Shown: positions 1-9,782, numbered from the stretch's first letter. The stretch is DNA of 64,000 nucleotides from Muribaculaceae bacterium (GCA_017546805.1 JAFYRT010000063.1:10289-74288), one strand, 5' to 3'. A program made the numbers and translations. Notes: generated from the letters alone by a model not told the origin.

Positions 1-438
1 GAAGGAGGTGAGCTACCACAAATGATAATAGTAGACGGAGGCAAGGGTCAGTTAAGCGTAGCCGTTGAAACCTTAAAGGAGCTTGGATTATACGGTAAAA
101 TCGCCATAGTTGGTATTGCCGAAAAATTAGAGGAGATATACTTCCCCAATGACTCTGTTCCCCTTTACATCGACAAAAATTCGGAATCATTAAAAGTGAT
201 TCAACGCATGCGCGACGAAGCCCACCGATTCGGAATCACTCATCACCGCAAAAAGAGAAGCAAAGCACAAGTTGTCTCAGAACTCGACAGCATAAAAGGA
301 ATCGGAGCAAAGACTAAAGAGTTGTTAATCAAGACATTTAAAAGCGTAAAAAGAATTAAAGAAGCTGATTATCAAGATATTGCAAATTTAATAGGTAAAT
401 CTAAAGCCGAGATTCTTATAAGGGGATTAAAGAAGTAG
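1..438 (+). CDS. uvrC: Excinuclease ABC subunit C (UvrC), C-terminal fragment; the 5' end lies outside the window
   Basis: Frame 1 is open from nt 1 (EGGELPQMIIVDGGKGQL). It has the DGGKGQL motif, EAHRFGITHHRKKR, and a C-terminal helix-hairpin-helix (LDSIKGIGAKTKELL). Confidence 0.85.
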   Translation, partial: EGGELPQMIIVDGGKGQLSVAVETLKELGLYGKIAIVGIAEKLEEIYFPNDSVPLYIDKNSESLKVIQRMRDEAHRFGITHHRKKRSKAQVVSELDSIKGIGAKTKELLIKTFKSVKRIKEADYQDIANLIGKSKAEILIRGLKK

Positions 439-516
439 ATAATCAACCGCAAATTGCGCACAAGTGAGAAAATATAGTTAATTTCGCATACTGAAAACAA
501 AAGAGATTCTTTAGAC

Positions 517-969
517 ATGAGAATTGTAATACAAAGAGTAAACAGAGCATCCGTAACAATCGACAACAAACTTAAGTCAGAGATTGGCAAAGGGTTGCTG
601 ATTCTACTTGGAGTTGAAGAGGCAGACACCGATGAAGATTTAAAATGGCTGACTGCTAAAGCAGTGAACCTACGCATATTCGACGACGAGAACGGAGTGA
701 TGAATCTATCGGTAAAAGACGTTGACGGAGAGGTATTGGTCGTAAGCCAATTTACCCTCTATGCAGCAACAAAAAAAGGGAACAGACCCTCGTATATAAG
801 AGCTGCAGGACACGCAACAGCAATTCCAATGTATGAGAAGTTCTGTAAAGAGATTGAATTACTCATAGGCAAAGAGGTTAAACAGGGAGAATTCGGTGCT
901 GACATGCAGGTATCACTCGAAAACAACGGACCCGTAACAATAGTAATAGACACTAAAAATCGCGAATAA
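517..969 (+). CDS. dtd: D-aminoacyl-tRNA deacylase
   Basis: 150 aa. It has the MRIVIQRV N-terminus, the SQFTLYA motif and the NNGPVT C-terminal motif typical of Dtd. Confidence 0.9.
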   Translation: MRIVIQRVNRASVTIDNKLKSEIGKGLLILLGVEEADTDEDLKWLTAKAVNLRIFDDENGVMNLSVKDVDGEVLVVSQFTLYAATKKGNRPSYIRAAGHATAIPMYEKFCKEIELLIGKEVKQGEFGADMQVSLENNGPVTIVIDTKNRE

Positions 970-1293
970 ATGACAATAGAAGAGGCTCAAAAAATCGTAG
1001 ATAGTTGGATAAAGAGCTATGGCAAACGCTATTTCAACGAACTTACCAACATGGCTATTCTCACAGAAGAGGTTGGCGAAGTCGCAAGGGTAATGGCGCG
1101 TACATATGGAGAACAATCATTTAAAGATAGCGATAAAAAGGCGGAACTTGCCGACGAACTCGCCGATGTTTTATGGGTTTTGATATGCATAGCAAACCAA
1201 ACAGGAGTTGATTTAACCGAAGCTCTAAAAAAGAACATCAAAAAAAAGACAGAGAGAGATAAAACACGACATATAAACAATCCAAAATTATAA
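970..1293 (+). CDS. Small MazG-like nucleotide pyrophosphohydrolase
   Basis: 107 aa. It has the EEVGEVAR and ELADELADVLW motifs (EExxE/ExxD helices of the MazG fold). Its start abuts the dtd stop. Confidence 0.75.
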   Translation: MTIEEAQKIVDSWIKSYGKRYFNELTNMAILTEEVGEVARVMARTYGEQSFKDSDKKAELADELADVLWVLICIANQTGVDLTEALKKNIKKKTERDKTRHINNPKL

Positions 1294-1298
1294 TTAAC

Positions 1299-2162
1299 AT
1301 GGACAAATATAACGAAGCCATCTCAAAATACGAGAAAAATTTGAACGATGAGATCGTAAAGAACGAGGTTGAGAACCTACTCAAAAAGAGTATTTCAGAG
1401 AACTGCACCCCTGAGGTATATAAGACAATATACTCATGTATGGATATTACAACTCTTGAGGTTACAGACAACTACGAATCGGTATTGAAATTGGTTGACA
1501 AAGTAAACAATTTAGAGAACGAACAACCCGAAATACCAAACGTTGCAGCAATTTGCGTATATCCAAACTTTGTTACTGCAGTAAGAGGAGCATTGGAGGT
1601 ATCGGACGTTAAGGTGACATCTGTTTCAGGAGGTTTCCCATCATCTCAAACATACCCCGAAGTCAAAGCAATTGAAGCAGGCTTAGCGTTGAAAGATGGT
1701 GCAGACGAGTTGGATATTGTCATGAACGTAGGCAACTTTATTTTGGGTAACTACGAAGATATGTGCGACGAGATTAACGAGGTGAAAGAGATTTGTGGAG
1801 ACGCAAAGCTAAAAGTGATACTTGAAACAGGCACACTAAAAAGCTATAACGATATCAGAAAAGCAGCGATTCTTTCGATATACGCTGGAGCCGATTTCAT
1901 CAAGACTTCGACAGGTAAAATAGCAGTTGGAGCAACTCCCGAAGCATTCTATACAATGTGTAATGCGGTCAAAGACTACTACGAAGAGACAGGTACAAAA
2001 ATAGGAGTAAAAGCCGCAGGAGGTATACGCACAGCCGCTGATGCAGTAAAATACTATACAATAGCAAAAGAGGTGTTAGGCGAAGAGTGGCTAAACAAAG
2101 ATTTGTTCCGTATTGGCGCTGCAAGTTTGGCAGATAATCTAATAGCTGCAATTAACGAATAA
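1299..2162 (+). CDS. deoC: Deoxyribose-phosphate aldolase (long form)
   Basis: 287 aa. It has FIKTSTGK (Schiff-base lysine context), KAAGGIR, and the DELDIVMNVG motif of class I DeoC aldolases. Confidence 0.85.
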   Translation: MDKYNEAISKYEKNLNDEIVKNEVENLLKKSISENCTPEVYKTIYSCMDITTLEVTDNYESVLKLVDKVNNLENEQPEIPNVAAICVYPNFVTAVRGALEVSDVKVTSVSGGFPSSQTYPEVKAIEAGLALKDGADELDIVMNVGNFILGNYEDMCDEINEVKEICGDAKLKVILETGTLKSYNDIRKAAILSIYAGADFIKTSTGKIAVGATPEAFYTMCNAVKDYYEETGTKIGVKAAGGIRTAADAVKYYTIAKEVLGEEWLNKDLFRIGAASLADNLIAAINE

Positions 2163-2178
2163 TAGAACAGAGTAACAA

Positions 2179-2221
2179 TAAAAAAATGAAGAGAACCTTC
2201 ACAGTTCTCTTCATTTTTTTA
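2179..2221. terminator. Bidirectional rho-independent terminator between convergent deoC and the polyprenyl synthase gene
   Basis: An 11-bp perfect stem ATGAAGAGAAC (2186-2196) / GTTCTCTTCAT (2204-2214) with a 7-nt loop. It is flanked by an A-run upstream and a T-run downstream. Confidence 0.7.
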
Positions 2222-2230
2222 TGATTATTA

Positions 2231-3205
2231 TTAATAATTTCGAGCTATGATATAATCGAGAATTTTCATCAGCATCTCTTTAATGTCTGAATCTGGGAAA
2301 ATTTCAAGAGCCCCAGCTGCCTCAGTCTTTAAACGTTGCATTGTTTTTTCGGCATACTCTATTCCACCCTTCTCTTTTGCATAATCAACCAAAAGAGCAA
2401 TTTCAGCATCGGTGAGCGACTGTTTCATCAAAAGAGCACGCATTTCGTCATTACGTTCATCGTTATTCGATTCTATCGCATATAACAAAGGAAGCGAAAC
2501 TTTACCCTCTTTCAAGTCTGAACCTGTAGGTTTTCCGACAACATCATCTGTAAAATAGTCGAAGATATCGTCTTTTATCTGAAAGCATAGCCCCAATTTT
2601 TGTCCAAACAATTCAACAGCATTAAGTTGTTGCTCATCGGCTCCATTTGAATAACCACCCATCAACATACACGACGAAAAGAGAGATGCAGTCTTTTGCT
2701 TAATTACACTAAAATATCTGTTTTCATCGAGAATATGGCTATCGGCAGTCTCTATTTGATCAATTTCTCCTGTAGCCAACTCTTTACCAAGAGCAGCTAT
2801 AAGAGATACAGTATTAAGATTGTTCGATTTTATCGCCGATTGAAGGGCTGTAGAGACAAAAAAATCGCCGACCAAAACAGCTACTCGGTTATCCCAAATA
2901 TTATTTACTGTTCTACGACCTCGGCGAAGGGGAGAACTATCAACAACGTCATCATGTATAAGGCTTGCATTATGTAACAGCTCAACGGCAACTGCAGCAC
3001 TCATGGTTGCATCGTTAACCTCTCCAAAAAGACGCGAACTCAATATTACTAACATTGGGCGTATTTGTTTACCCTTTGCCTGAAGATAATAGTCAACTAC
3101 ACTCTTCAACAAAGCATTATCAGAGGACAGAGTATCATAGAGGGCTTTATTAAAGTTCTCCATCTCCACTCCAATAATCTTCTTAATCGACTCGCGTATA
3201 TCCAT
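2231..3205 (-). CDS. Polyprenyl diphosphate synthase (octaprenyl/long-chain type)
   Basis: It carries both aspartate-rich motifs (LIHDDVVD and KDDIFD). The start is placed at the internal ATG 3205 (MDIRESIKK). The ORF-track start at 3292 would leave only 6 nt before divergent polA. Confidence 0.85.
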   Translation of the reverse strand: MDIRESIKKIIGVEMENFNKALYDTLSSDNALLKSVVDYYLQAKGKQIRPMLVILSSRLFGEVNDATMSAAVAVELLHNASLIHDDVVDSSPLRRGRRTVNNIWDNRVAVLVGDFFVSTALQSAIKSNNLNTVSLIAALGKELATGEIDQIETADSHILDENRYFSVIKQKTASLFSSCMLMGGYSNGADEQQLNAVELFGQKLGLCFQIKDDIFDYFTDDVVGKPTGSDLKEGKVSLPLLYAIESNNDERNDEMRALLMKQSLTDAEIALLVDYAKEKGGIEYAEKTMQRLKTEAAGALEIFPDSDIKEMLMKILDYIIARNY

Positions 3206-3298
3206 TGCCTTTATAATATTGAGTACAAAAATAGTAATAATAGAACAGAAAATCGCTATCTTTATATTAAATTTACGCAATAATTTTATCAATCAACT

Positions 3299-6085
3299 AT
3301 GAAGAGATTATTTTTATTAGATGCATACGCACTTATATACAGAGCATACTACGCATTTATCAAAAATCCGCGTATAAACTCAAAAGGGTTAAACACCTCT
3401 GCAATATATGGATTTGTAACCACTCTTGAAGAGGTATTGAACAAAGAACAACCCACACACATAGCGGTGGCATTTGACCCTCAAGGACCAACATTTCGTC
3501 ACGAAATGTTTGAGCAGTATAAAGCACAACGCGAGGAGACACCAGAAGCAATACGCACTGCTGTACCCATTATAAAAGATATAATAAGAGCTTATAATAT
3601 ACCAATTCTCGAAGTATGCGGCTACGAGGCTGACGATGTTATCGGAACAACTGCTAAGCTTGCCGAGGAGAGGGGGTTTGACACCTACATGATGACTCCG
3701 GATAAAGATTTTGGTCAACTCGTAAGCGACCATATCTTCCAATACAAACCTCGCCATGGAGGAGGATTCGATATATATGGAGTCGAAGAGGTGAAAGAGC
3801 GATACGGTATTGCGTCGCCATTGATGATAATCGACATGTTGGGATTGATGGGTGATAGTGCCGACAACATCCCAGGTTGTCCAGGAGTTGGAGAGAAGAC
3901 CGCAATAAAACTAATCAACGAATTTGGCTCAATAGAAAATCTTCTCGTTTCAACCGACAAACTAAAAGGAGCCTTAAAAACAAAAATTGAGGAGAACGTC
4001 GACAAAATTAAATTCTCAAAATTTTTGGCAACAATAAAAATTGATGTTCCAATAGAGTTTGACGAAGAGGGACTGAAACATGAAAAACCCGACTGCGATA
4101 AATTGGAAAAAATTTTCGCTGAATTGGAGTTCCGAAACTTGGCAGAAAAAATTTTAGGAAAAACCCCGACTGCTCAACCCGAAAAGAAAAAAGAGGTAAA
4201 AACAGTTGTTTCTCAACCCTCGCTCTTTGACTTATTTGCGACCGATGGGACAGAAACCAAAGAATACGCAAACGTAGAGAGCTTAAACAATCGTCAACAC
4301 ACATACTATCTTATTGATACAGAGGATAAAATAAAGGATTTAACCTCGAAATTAGAGTGTGCTGAAAATTTTTCATTTGACACAGAAACCACCTCGATTG
4401 ATCCTATAAACGCAAAATTGGTAGGAATGTCGTTCGCAATGAAAGAGAACGAGGCATTTTACGTACCCGTACCCGAAGATGAAGCGGAGGCACAAAAAAT
4501 CGTGGAACATTTCAGAGCTACGCTCGAAAATGAGAAATCGCAAAAGATAGGACAAAACATAAAGTACGACTTCATAGTGATGCAAAACTACGGAGTTGAG
4601 CTCAAGGGCGATTTTTTTGACACCATGGTGGCCCACTACCTATTGCAACCCGACGGGCACCACAACATGGACTATTTGGCTGAAATATATTTAGGGCATA
4701 AAACAATCAGTATAGACTCTCTGATTGGAGCCAAAGGTAAAAGCCAACGCTCAATGAGAGATGTTCCACTTGCCCAGATATGCGAATACGCAGCCGAAGA
4801 TGCAGACATTACCCTTCGCCTTAAAAACCTCTTTGAGACAAAACTTAAAGAGGAGGGATTGGAGAAACTATTCTACGAAATAGAGATGCCTCTTGTAAAA
4901 GTATTGGCACAAATGGAGGCAGAAGGCGTAAAAATTGACACAAGCACACTTGCCGAAAGTTCAAAAAAAATGACACTGAAAGCGTGTGAAATAGAGACTC
5001 GAATATTTGAATTGGCAGAAGAGACATTTAACGTCAACTCTCCCCGTCAGGTAGGAGAGATACTCTTTATAAAACTAAAAATAGACCCCAAAGCAAAGCC
5101 TTCAAAACAGGGAGGATACTCAACATCCGAAGAGGTACTTACAAAGCTGATAAACCGTCATCCCATAGTGCCTCTAATCCTTGAATACCGAGGGTTGAAA
5201 AAGTTGTTAAGTACATATATAAACGCGTTGCCTGAGCTTATAAACAGCCATACAGGCAAAATACACACGTCGTTTAACCAAACCGTTACAGCAACAGGTC
5301 GATTGAGTTCAAGCAACCCCAACCTGCAAAACATCCCAATCAGAGATGACAACGGCAAGGAGATACGAAGAGCCTTTATTCCTAATGACGGAGAGGTGTT
5401 CTTCTCTGCCGATTACTCTCAAATAGAGCTACGCATAATGGCACATTTGAGCAAGGATGAGAATATGGTAAACGCATTCCTTTCGGGAGAAGATATCCAC
5501 GCAGCAACGGCAGCCAAGATATTCAACGTTCCGCTTAACGAGGTTACAAGTGATATGCGAAGAAAGGCAAAAACTGCCAATTTCGGCATTATATACGGCA
5601 TCTCGGCATTCGGATTGGCAGAGAGACTAAATATCTCCAGAACCGAAGCAAAAGGGCTAATCGACGGTTATTTCGAGTCATTTCCATCGGTAAAAGAGTA
5701 TATGGAAAAAAGTATTGAGGTAGCAAGAGAAAAAGGCTATGTTGAAACCATAACAGGACGCAGACGTGTTTTACACGATATAAACTCAAATAACAGCATA
5801 GTACGTGGATATGCTGAGCGCAATGCCATTAATGCCCCAATACAAGGCAGTGCAGCCGATATTATAAAGATTGCCATGGTACGTGTGGCAAACCGAATAA
5901 AAAGCGAAAATATGCGTGCTAAAATGATTATTCAGGTACATGACGAGTTGAACTTCAGTGTTCCTGAAAACGAACTTGAGCAATTAAAACAAGTTGTTAC
6001 CGAAGAGATGTCTGCGGCATACAAAATGAGCGTACCCCTAATTGCCGATACAGGAAGCGGTAAAAATTGGTTGGAAGCGCATTAG
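3299..6085 (+). CDS. polA: DNA polymerase I
   Basis: 928 aa. It has an N-terminal 5'-3' exonuclease domain (LLDAYALIYRAYYA), a 3'-5' exonuclease region, and polymerase motifs (DYSQIELR, RRKAKTANFGIIYG, QVHDEL). Confidence 0.97.
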   Translation: MKRLFLLDAYALIYRAYYAFIKNPRINSKGLNTSAIYGFVTTLEEVLNKEQPTHIAVAFDPQGPTFRHEMFEQYKAQREETPEAIRTAVPIIKDIIRAYNIPILEVCGYEADDVIGTTAKLAEERGFDTYMMTPDKDFGQLVSDHIFQYKPRHGGGFDIYGVEEVKERYGIASPLMIIDMLGLMGDSADNIPGCPGVGEKTAIKLINEFGSIENLLVSTDKLKGALKTKIEENVDKIKFSKFLATIKIDVPIEFDEEGLKHEKPDCDKLEKIFAELEFRNLAEKILGKTPTAQPEKKKEVKTVVSQPSLFDLFATDGTETKEYANVESLNNRQHTYYLIDTEDKIKDLTSKLECAENFSFDTETTSIDPINAKLVGMSFAMKENEAFYVPVPEDEAEAQKIVEHFRATLENEKSQKIGQNIKYDFIVMQNYGVELKGDFFDTMVAHYLLQPDGHHNMDYLAEIYLGHKTISIDSLIGAKGKSQRSMRDVPLAQICEYAAEDADITLRLKNLFETKLKEEGLEKLFYEIEMPLVKVLAQMEAEGVKIDTSTLAESSKKMTLKACEIETRIFELAEETFNVNSPRQVGEILFIKLKIDPKAKPSKQGGYSTSEEVLTKLINRHPIVPLILEYRGLKKLLSTYINALPELINSHTGKIHTSFNQTVTATGRLSSSNPNLQNIPIRDDNGKEIRRAFIPNDGEVFFSADYSQIELRIMAHLSKDENMVNAFLSGEDIHAATAAKIFNVPLNEVTSDMRRKAKTANFGIIYGISAFGLAERLNISRTEAKGLIDGYFESFPSVKEYMEKSIEVAREKGYVETITGRRRVLHDINSNNSIVRGYAERNAINAPIQGSAADIIKIAMVRVANRIKSENMRAKMIIQVHDELNFSVPENELEQLKQVVTEEMSAAYKMSVPLIADTGSGKNWLEAH

Positions 6086-6086
6086 A

Positions 6087-6192
6087 GTTTTTAGTTTTTA
6101 GTTGTTAGTTGTTAGTTTTTAGATAATTAGATATTTCTAATTCCTAATTGTGACGAAGTCACGAACTAATTCCTAATTTCTAATTCCTAATT
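6087..6192. repeat. Heptanucleotide repeat block with a central hairpin in the polA / 6191(-) convergent gap
   Basis: GTTTTTA/GTTGTTA occurs 5 times (6087-6121) and TYCTAAT twice (6135-6148). The palindrome GTGACgaaGTCAC lies at 6150-6162, and CTAATTY occurs 4 times (6166-6192). The last unit abuts the stop of the minus-strand gene. Confidence 0.75.
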
Positions 6193-7804
6193 AAAAATAA
6201 GCAATCCTAACCATAAAATAACTATCCTCTTTAATAGGGTAAGCATCAAATAAATCGGAGATACTCATAAGGTTGCCACACTCACTATCGGCAACCTTTT
6301 TTACACTCCCCTCCTCCACTTTGAACGTGGCATTGTTGGGAAGTAAAACAGAATCTTTTACCGTTACACAGAAAGCAGTCTCAGGGTTCAATCTCGCATA
6401 CTCTTTAAGATATTCTTCAGCATTTATAATCCTATATTGAGGAGTATTTAATTCATCCTCTCCACGTCCAAAATCATACGCATAATCATTCAATAAAGAG
6501 ATAGGAGAAGAAGAAACTTTTGAGAACCCTTGACTCATGTACCACTCAGCAACAGACGAACTTCCGGGAATCAACATACATAGGTTTGCACTGTTACGAT
6601 AAAGACACTCGAAAATATCCTTCATCAATGCCTTACCATACCCCCTGCCCCTGTAATCCACCTTTGTTGCAACTCCATAGATATACGAGCATTTTCCACA
6701 GCCACCAACAAAATTAAACATGTCGGCAGTAGCAACAATGGCATCCCTATCGCGCAATATATAACTCTTACCCAAAGGACGTATTTTGGTTATATATTGC
6801 TCTATTGTCTCCTCATCATCGTCAAATGCCTCACGCCATAACATGGCAATTTCAACAGCCTCGGTAGAGCGTTTTATCTCCTCAACCTTCTCCTCATTTC
6901 CAAGTATCTCAATAAGACTGAATTTGGGATACAACATAATTGGCTGATACGATAATTTGGCATCACGCAAGCCTTGAATACCCAAATCCTCTTCGCGATT
7001 TATATAGCAATACTGCTCCGACAAAGCATTTGCAAAAAGATTATTTATCATTGCAAAACTTCTTTCGTAACGTACACTCCCCTTCTCTATATGGATACAA
7101 AAAGTGTTGTTGTTTATTGCCGACCCATATGTAAATGCAGCCAAGTCTCCATCAACATAAAGAGCCAAACCCTGCAATCCTAAAGCCTCAAAATTATCCA
7201 TTCCGCACTCTATTGCTCGTCTTTCGCACTCATACGCTTCCAAATCGGCATTTTCCTTGCCCTCTCGCCACTCTTCCACAAGTTTAAGTACTTCTTCCTT
7301 ATGAGCAGAAGAAAGTGGCTCTGTGGTGAAATTATAGAGTTTCTTAAAGGTGTTGACGTGATTACGTTTGGGTTGCAATTTCTTGCCGGCTAAAGTCCTT
7401 AATTGGTCGGCATTGTAGATATAATCAAACTGACTGCGTTTAGGATATAGATAATACCCGCAAAAGGGTATAGATGTGCGTAATTTCTCAGCAAAATTAG
7501 CCGAAACACCAGCCATTTTAAAAGGCTCGTTACTTGCACAAACATACTCCACAAGCTTTTTAAAAGCGGCAATGGAGTCACCCTCTCCAATAGGCTCCAT
7601 ATAAGTATGTTGTTTACCATCCACACCTCCAAACCGTATAAAGATAAAGCTTCCCCACTTCGCTATTTCGGGATTGTGCAGATGAGCCCAACAAAAGACA
7701 TTGGCAAATGCCATATCGCAACTACCCTCTCCCATTGCATAAGAATATTGTTCAAATAACTCTCTATCTTCAATTTTAACAGGTGTAAATTCCAACATAA
7801 TCAA
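6191..7804 (-). CDS. DUF2156-like (MprF C-terminal/FemX-like fold) domain fused to a GNAT acetyltransferase domain
   Basis: 537 aa. The N-terminal half resembles DUF2156 proteins (FANVFCW...KRNHVNTFKK). The C-terminal half has a GNAT acetyl-CoA motif (YRGRGYGKALM). The family assignment is from memory, not a search. Confidence 0.6.
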   Translation of the reverse strand: MIMLEFTPVKIEDRELFEQYSYAMGEGSCDMAFANVFCWAHLHNPEIAKWGSFIFIRFGGVDGKQHTYMEPIGEGDSIAAFKKLVEYVCASNEPFKMAGVSANFAEKLRTSIPFCGYYLYPKRSQFDYIYNADQLRTLAGKKLQPKRNHVNTFKKLYNFTTEPLSSAHKEEVLKLVEEWREGKENADLEAYECERRAIECGMDNFEALGLQGLALYVDGDLAAFTYGSAINNNTFCIHIEKGSVRYERSFAMINNLFANALSEQYCYINREEDLGIQGLRDAKLSYQPIMLYPKFSLIEILGNEEKVEEIKRSTEAVEIAMLWREAFDDDEETIEQYITKIRPLGKSYILRDRDAIVATADMFNFVGGCGKCSYIYGVATKVDYRGRGYGKALMKDIFECLYRNSANLCMLIPGSSSVAEWYMSQGFSKVSSSPISLLNDYAYDFGRGEDELNTPQYRIINAEEYLKEYARLNPETAFCVTVKDSVLLPNNATFKVEEGSVKKVADSECGNLMSISDLFDAYPIKEDSYFMVRIAYF

Positions 7805-7855
7805 TCTATTTTTTGTCTTGGTAAAAGTACAAAAAAAGCATAAAACTCCCCTCCT

Positions 7856-9154
7856 CTAATCGGGCATATTTTTACCAACGGTGATATATGCCTCCGAAAG
7901 ATAATGATAGCCCGAAGCATTCTGAAAAACACGCAATCCAAACATCTTAGATGCAGAGAAAAGATGCTCCGTTATCTCGCTACGCACAGCCTCATAACCC
8001 TTCCAATCGGTAACAAGAGAGAAACAGTACGTCTGAATAGGAATCCCATTCTCGCAAGGCTCCAAAAGACGCACCATTGAGAGCATATTTTTATTTACCG
8101 TAGAAAGAGAGTTTATATAGAGTTGCGAGTACGCTCTAAAGAGTCCCAAATTTGTATCTATAGTTCCCGAAATGCCACTTTCGCCAACCACAGAGAGTCT
8201 TCCCTCCTCTGCTCCCTGAGTCCGTTTTTTAGCAATATAATCAGAAAGAAGTTCAACCCTCTCCCACCCCTTCAGCTCCTCATCAGATAAGGTTATAATA
8301 CTTCCCACCTCAATTACAAAAGTCACTAATATTCTTCTTCCACCACTCTCCTGCATAGCCCTCCAATTTTGCAGAGTAGACGATATCAAAAGATAAGGCG
8401 GAACGGTAAGAATTGTATTGTCATAATTACGAACCTTCACGGTATTCAAAGTAATATCCTCAACAATACCGTTAACCTTTTCATCCGAAGTTGTAATCCA
8501 ATCTCCCTTACGAACAACATCATTTTGCATAAGTTGCACTCCTGCCACCAAACCCAATATAGTATCTTTGAAAATCAACATCAGAACAGCGGCAAAAGCC
8601 CCTAATCCCGTAATAAGATTCATTGGAGATTTGTCAATTACAATAGAGACAACAACAATCAAAGCCAATATGATAACAACTCCCTTAATTAACTGCAAAA
8701 GTCCATGCAAAGGGATGTTTCTACTTTTCTCCCCCTCGCTGATAATATGCCATATAACACCCATGAGATAATTCAAATAGAGAGCAGATGAGAGGATAAG
8801 ATATATCCAACAAATTCGCTCAGTAATTGATATAAATTTAGGATAGTCGTTATAAGCCAATGGCAAAAACGGAAGCATAAAAACAGGAGGAAAAACATAG
8901 AGTAATCTCGAAAATGCTTCGTGCTTAATCAAAAGCCTTATTACCCTACCCTTTAGTTGCTTAAATATACGAGGGAAAACGTACCTGATTACTATATGCA
9001 GAATCCAAGAAAGAAGAATGGAGATAAGCAACAAAAGAAGAACAAACACCCAGCATTCAACACGCTCGGCTACATTGGCAGAGATACCAATCTTCTCAAA
9101 AAAAGCCTTAAGGAAAGATACAAAAATGTGAAAAAACGATAGTTTCTCCTCCAT
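7856..9154 (-). CDS. Mechanosensitive ion channel (MscS family)
   Basis: 432 aa with an N-terminal TM helix bundle. It has the MscS beta-domain signature (VRKGDWITTSDEKVNGIVEDITLNTVKVRNYDNTILTVPPYLL). Confidence 0.85.
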   Translation of the reverse strand: MEEKLSFFHIFVSFLKAFFEKIGISANVAERVECWVFVLLLLLISILLSWILHIVIRYVFPRIFKQLKGRVIRLLIKHEAFSRLLYVFPPVFMLPFLPLAYNDYPKFISITERICWIYLILSSALYLNYLMGVIWHIISEGEKSRNIPLHGLLQLIKGVVIILALIVVVSIVIDKSPMNLITGLGAFAAVLMLIFKDTILGLVAGVQLMQNDVVRKGDWITTSDEKVNGIVEDITLNTVKVRNYDNTILTVPPYLLISSTLQNWRAMQESGGRRILVTFVIEVGSIITLSDEELKGWERVELLSDYIAKKRTQGAEEGRLSVVGESGISGTIDTNLGLFRAYSQLYINSLSTVNKNMLSMVRLLEPCENGIPIQTYCFSLVTDWKGYEAVRSEITEHLFSASKMFGLRVFQNASGYHYLSEAYITVGKNMPD

Positions 9155-9231
9155 TACATCCCATTTAAAGAGTCATTATTTAAGGATATAACAAATGAGA
9201 GTAATGAAAAGTTCAAAGGAAAATAAAATTT

Positions 9232-9420
9232 TTACCAAAATTTATTATTCTCGGAGCTATACTCAAAACCTACCGATTCAAGTTTATCTTCTAACCACTT
9301 ACGCTCAATGCCTAAAGTAGCACAAAGTTCGTCAAGCGAAGAGAACTCATCACGCAACTTCATGTTTATAAAACTAAACAATATCATAGGATCTGAAGGA
9401 ATGGTCTGCATAGCAATCAA
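9232..9420 (-). CDS. DUF4250 domain protein
   Basis: 62 aa (PMILFSFINMKLRDEF...LDELC). It matches my recollection of the small DUF4250 family. Confidence 0.65.
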   Translation of the reverse strand: MIAMQTIPSDPMILFSFINMKLRDEFSSLDELCATLGIERKWLEDKLESVGFEYSSENNKFW

Positions 9421-9445
9421 TTTTTAAATCAAAACAGCTTTATAT

Positions 9446-9483
9446 TAAAAAAGATAGGCTGTCCGAAAGAATCAGACAGCCTT
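9446..9483 (-). terminator. Rho-independent terminator downstream of the ferredoxin gene
   Basis: Stem AGGCTGTC (9456-9463) / GACAGCCT (9475-9482). On the minus strand it is followed by a T-run (complement of AAAAAA at 9447-9452). Confidence 0.6.
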
Positions 9484-9503
9484 TAATCATCTTAAGACTA
9501 CGA

Positions 9504-9671
9504 TTAAGCCTCAACGATTGCACCTGTAGGACAAGCATCAGCGCAAGTACCACAGCTCAAACATTTATCAGCATCAATTACGTAGATATCGCCCTCAGAG
9601 ATAGCCTCTACTGGGCACTCACCTGCACATGTTCCACATGCAACGCAGTCTTCTGTAATAACGTAAGCCAT
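9504..9671 (-). CDS. 2x[4Fe-4S] ferredoxin (55 aa), absent from the supplied ORF track because it is under 60 aa
   Basis: My translation is MAYVITEDCVACGTCAGECPVEAISEGDIYVIDADKCLSCGTCADACPTGAIVEA*. It has two CxxCxxCxxxCP clusters. ATG is at 9671-9669 and TAA at 9506-9504. Confidence 0.88.
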   Translation of the reverse strand: MAYVITEDCVACGTCAGECPVEAISEGDIYVIDADKCLSCGTCADACPTGAIVEA

Positions 9672-9707
9672 TTTTCTTAAGTTTATAAATTAGTACTAAT
9701 GTGTGTG

Positions 9708-9715
9708 CAAAGTTA
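9708..9715 (-). promoter_or_regulatory. Bacteroidota -7 promoter motif upstream of the ferredoxin gene
   Basis: The minus strand reads TAACTTTG (TAnnTTTG consensus), about 37 nt upstream of the ATG. Confidence 0.4.
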
Positions 9716-9782
9716 CTGTTTTCTCTCAAATACACAAAAAAACGAGAGTTAAATTATTATTATCACTCTCCCATTTAAAAGA

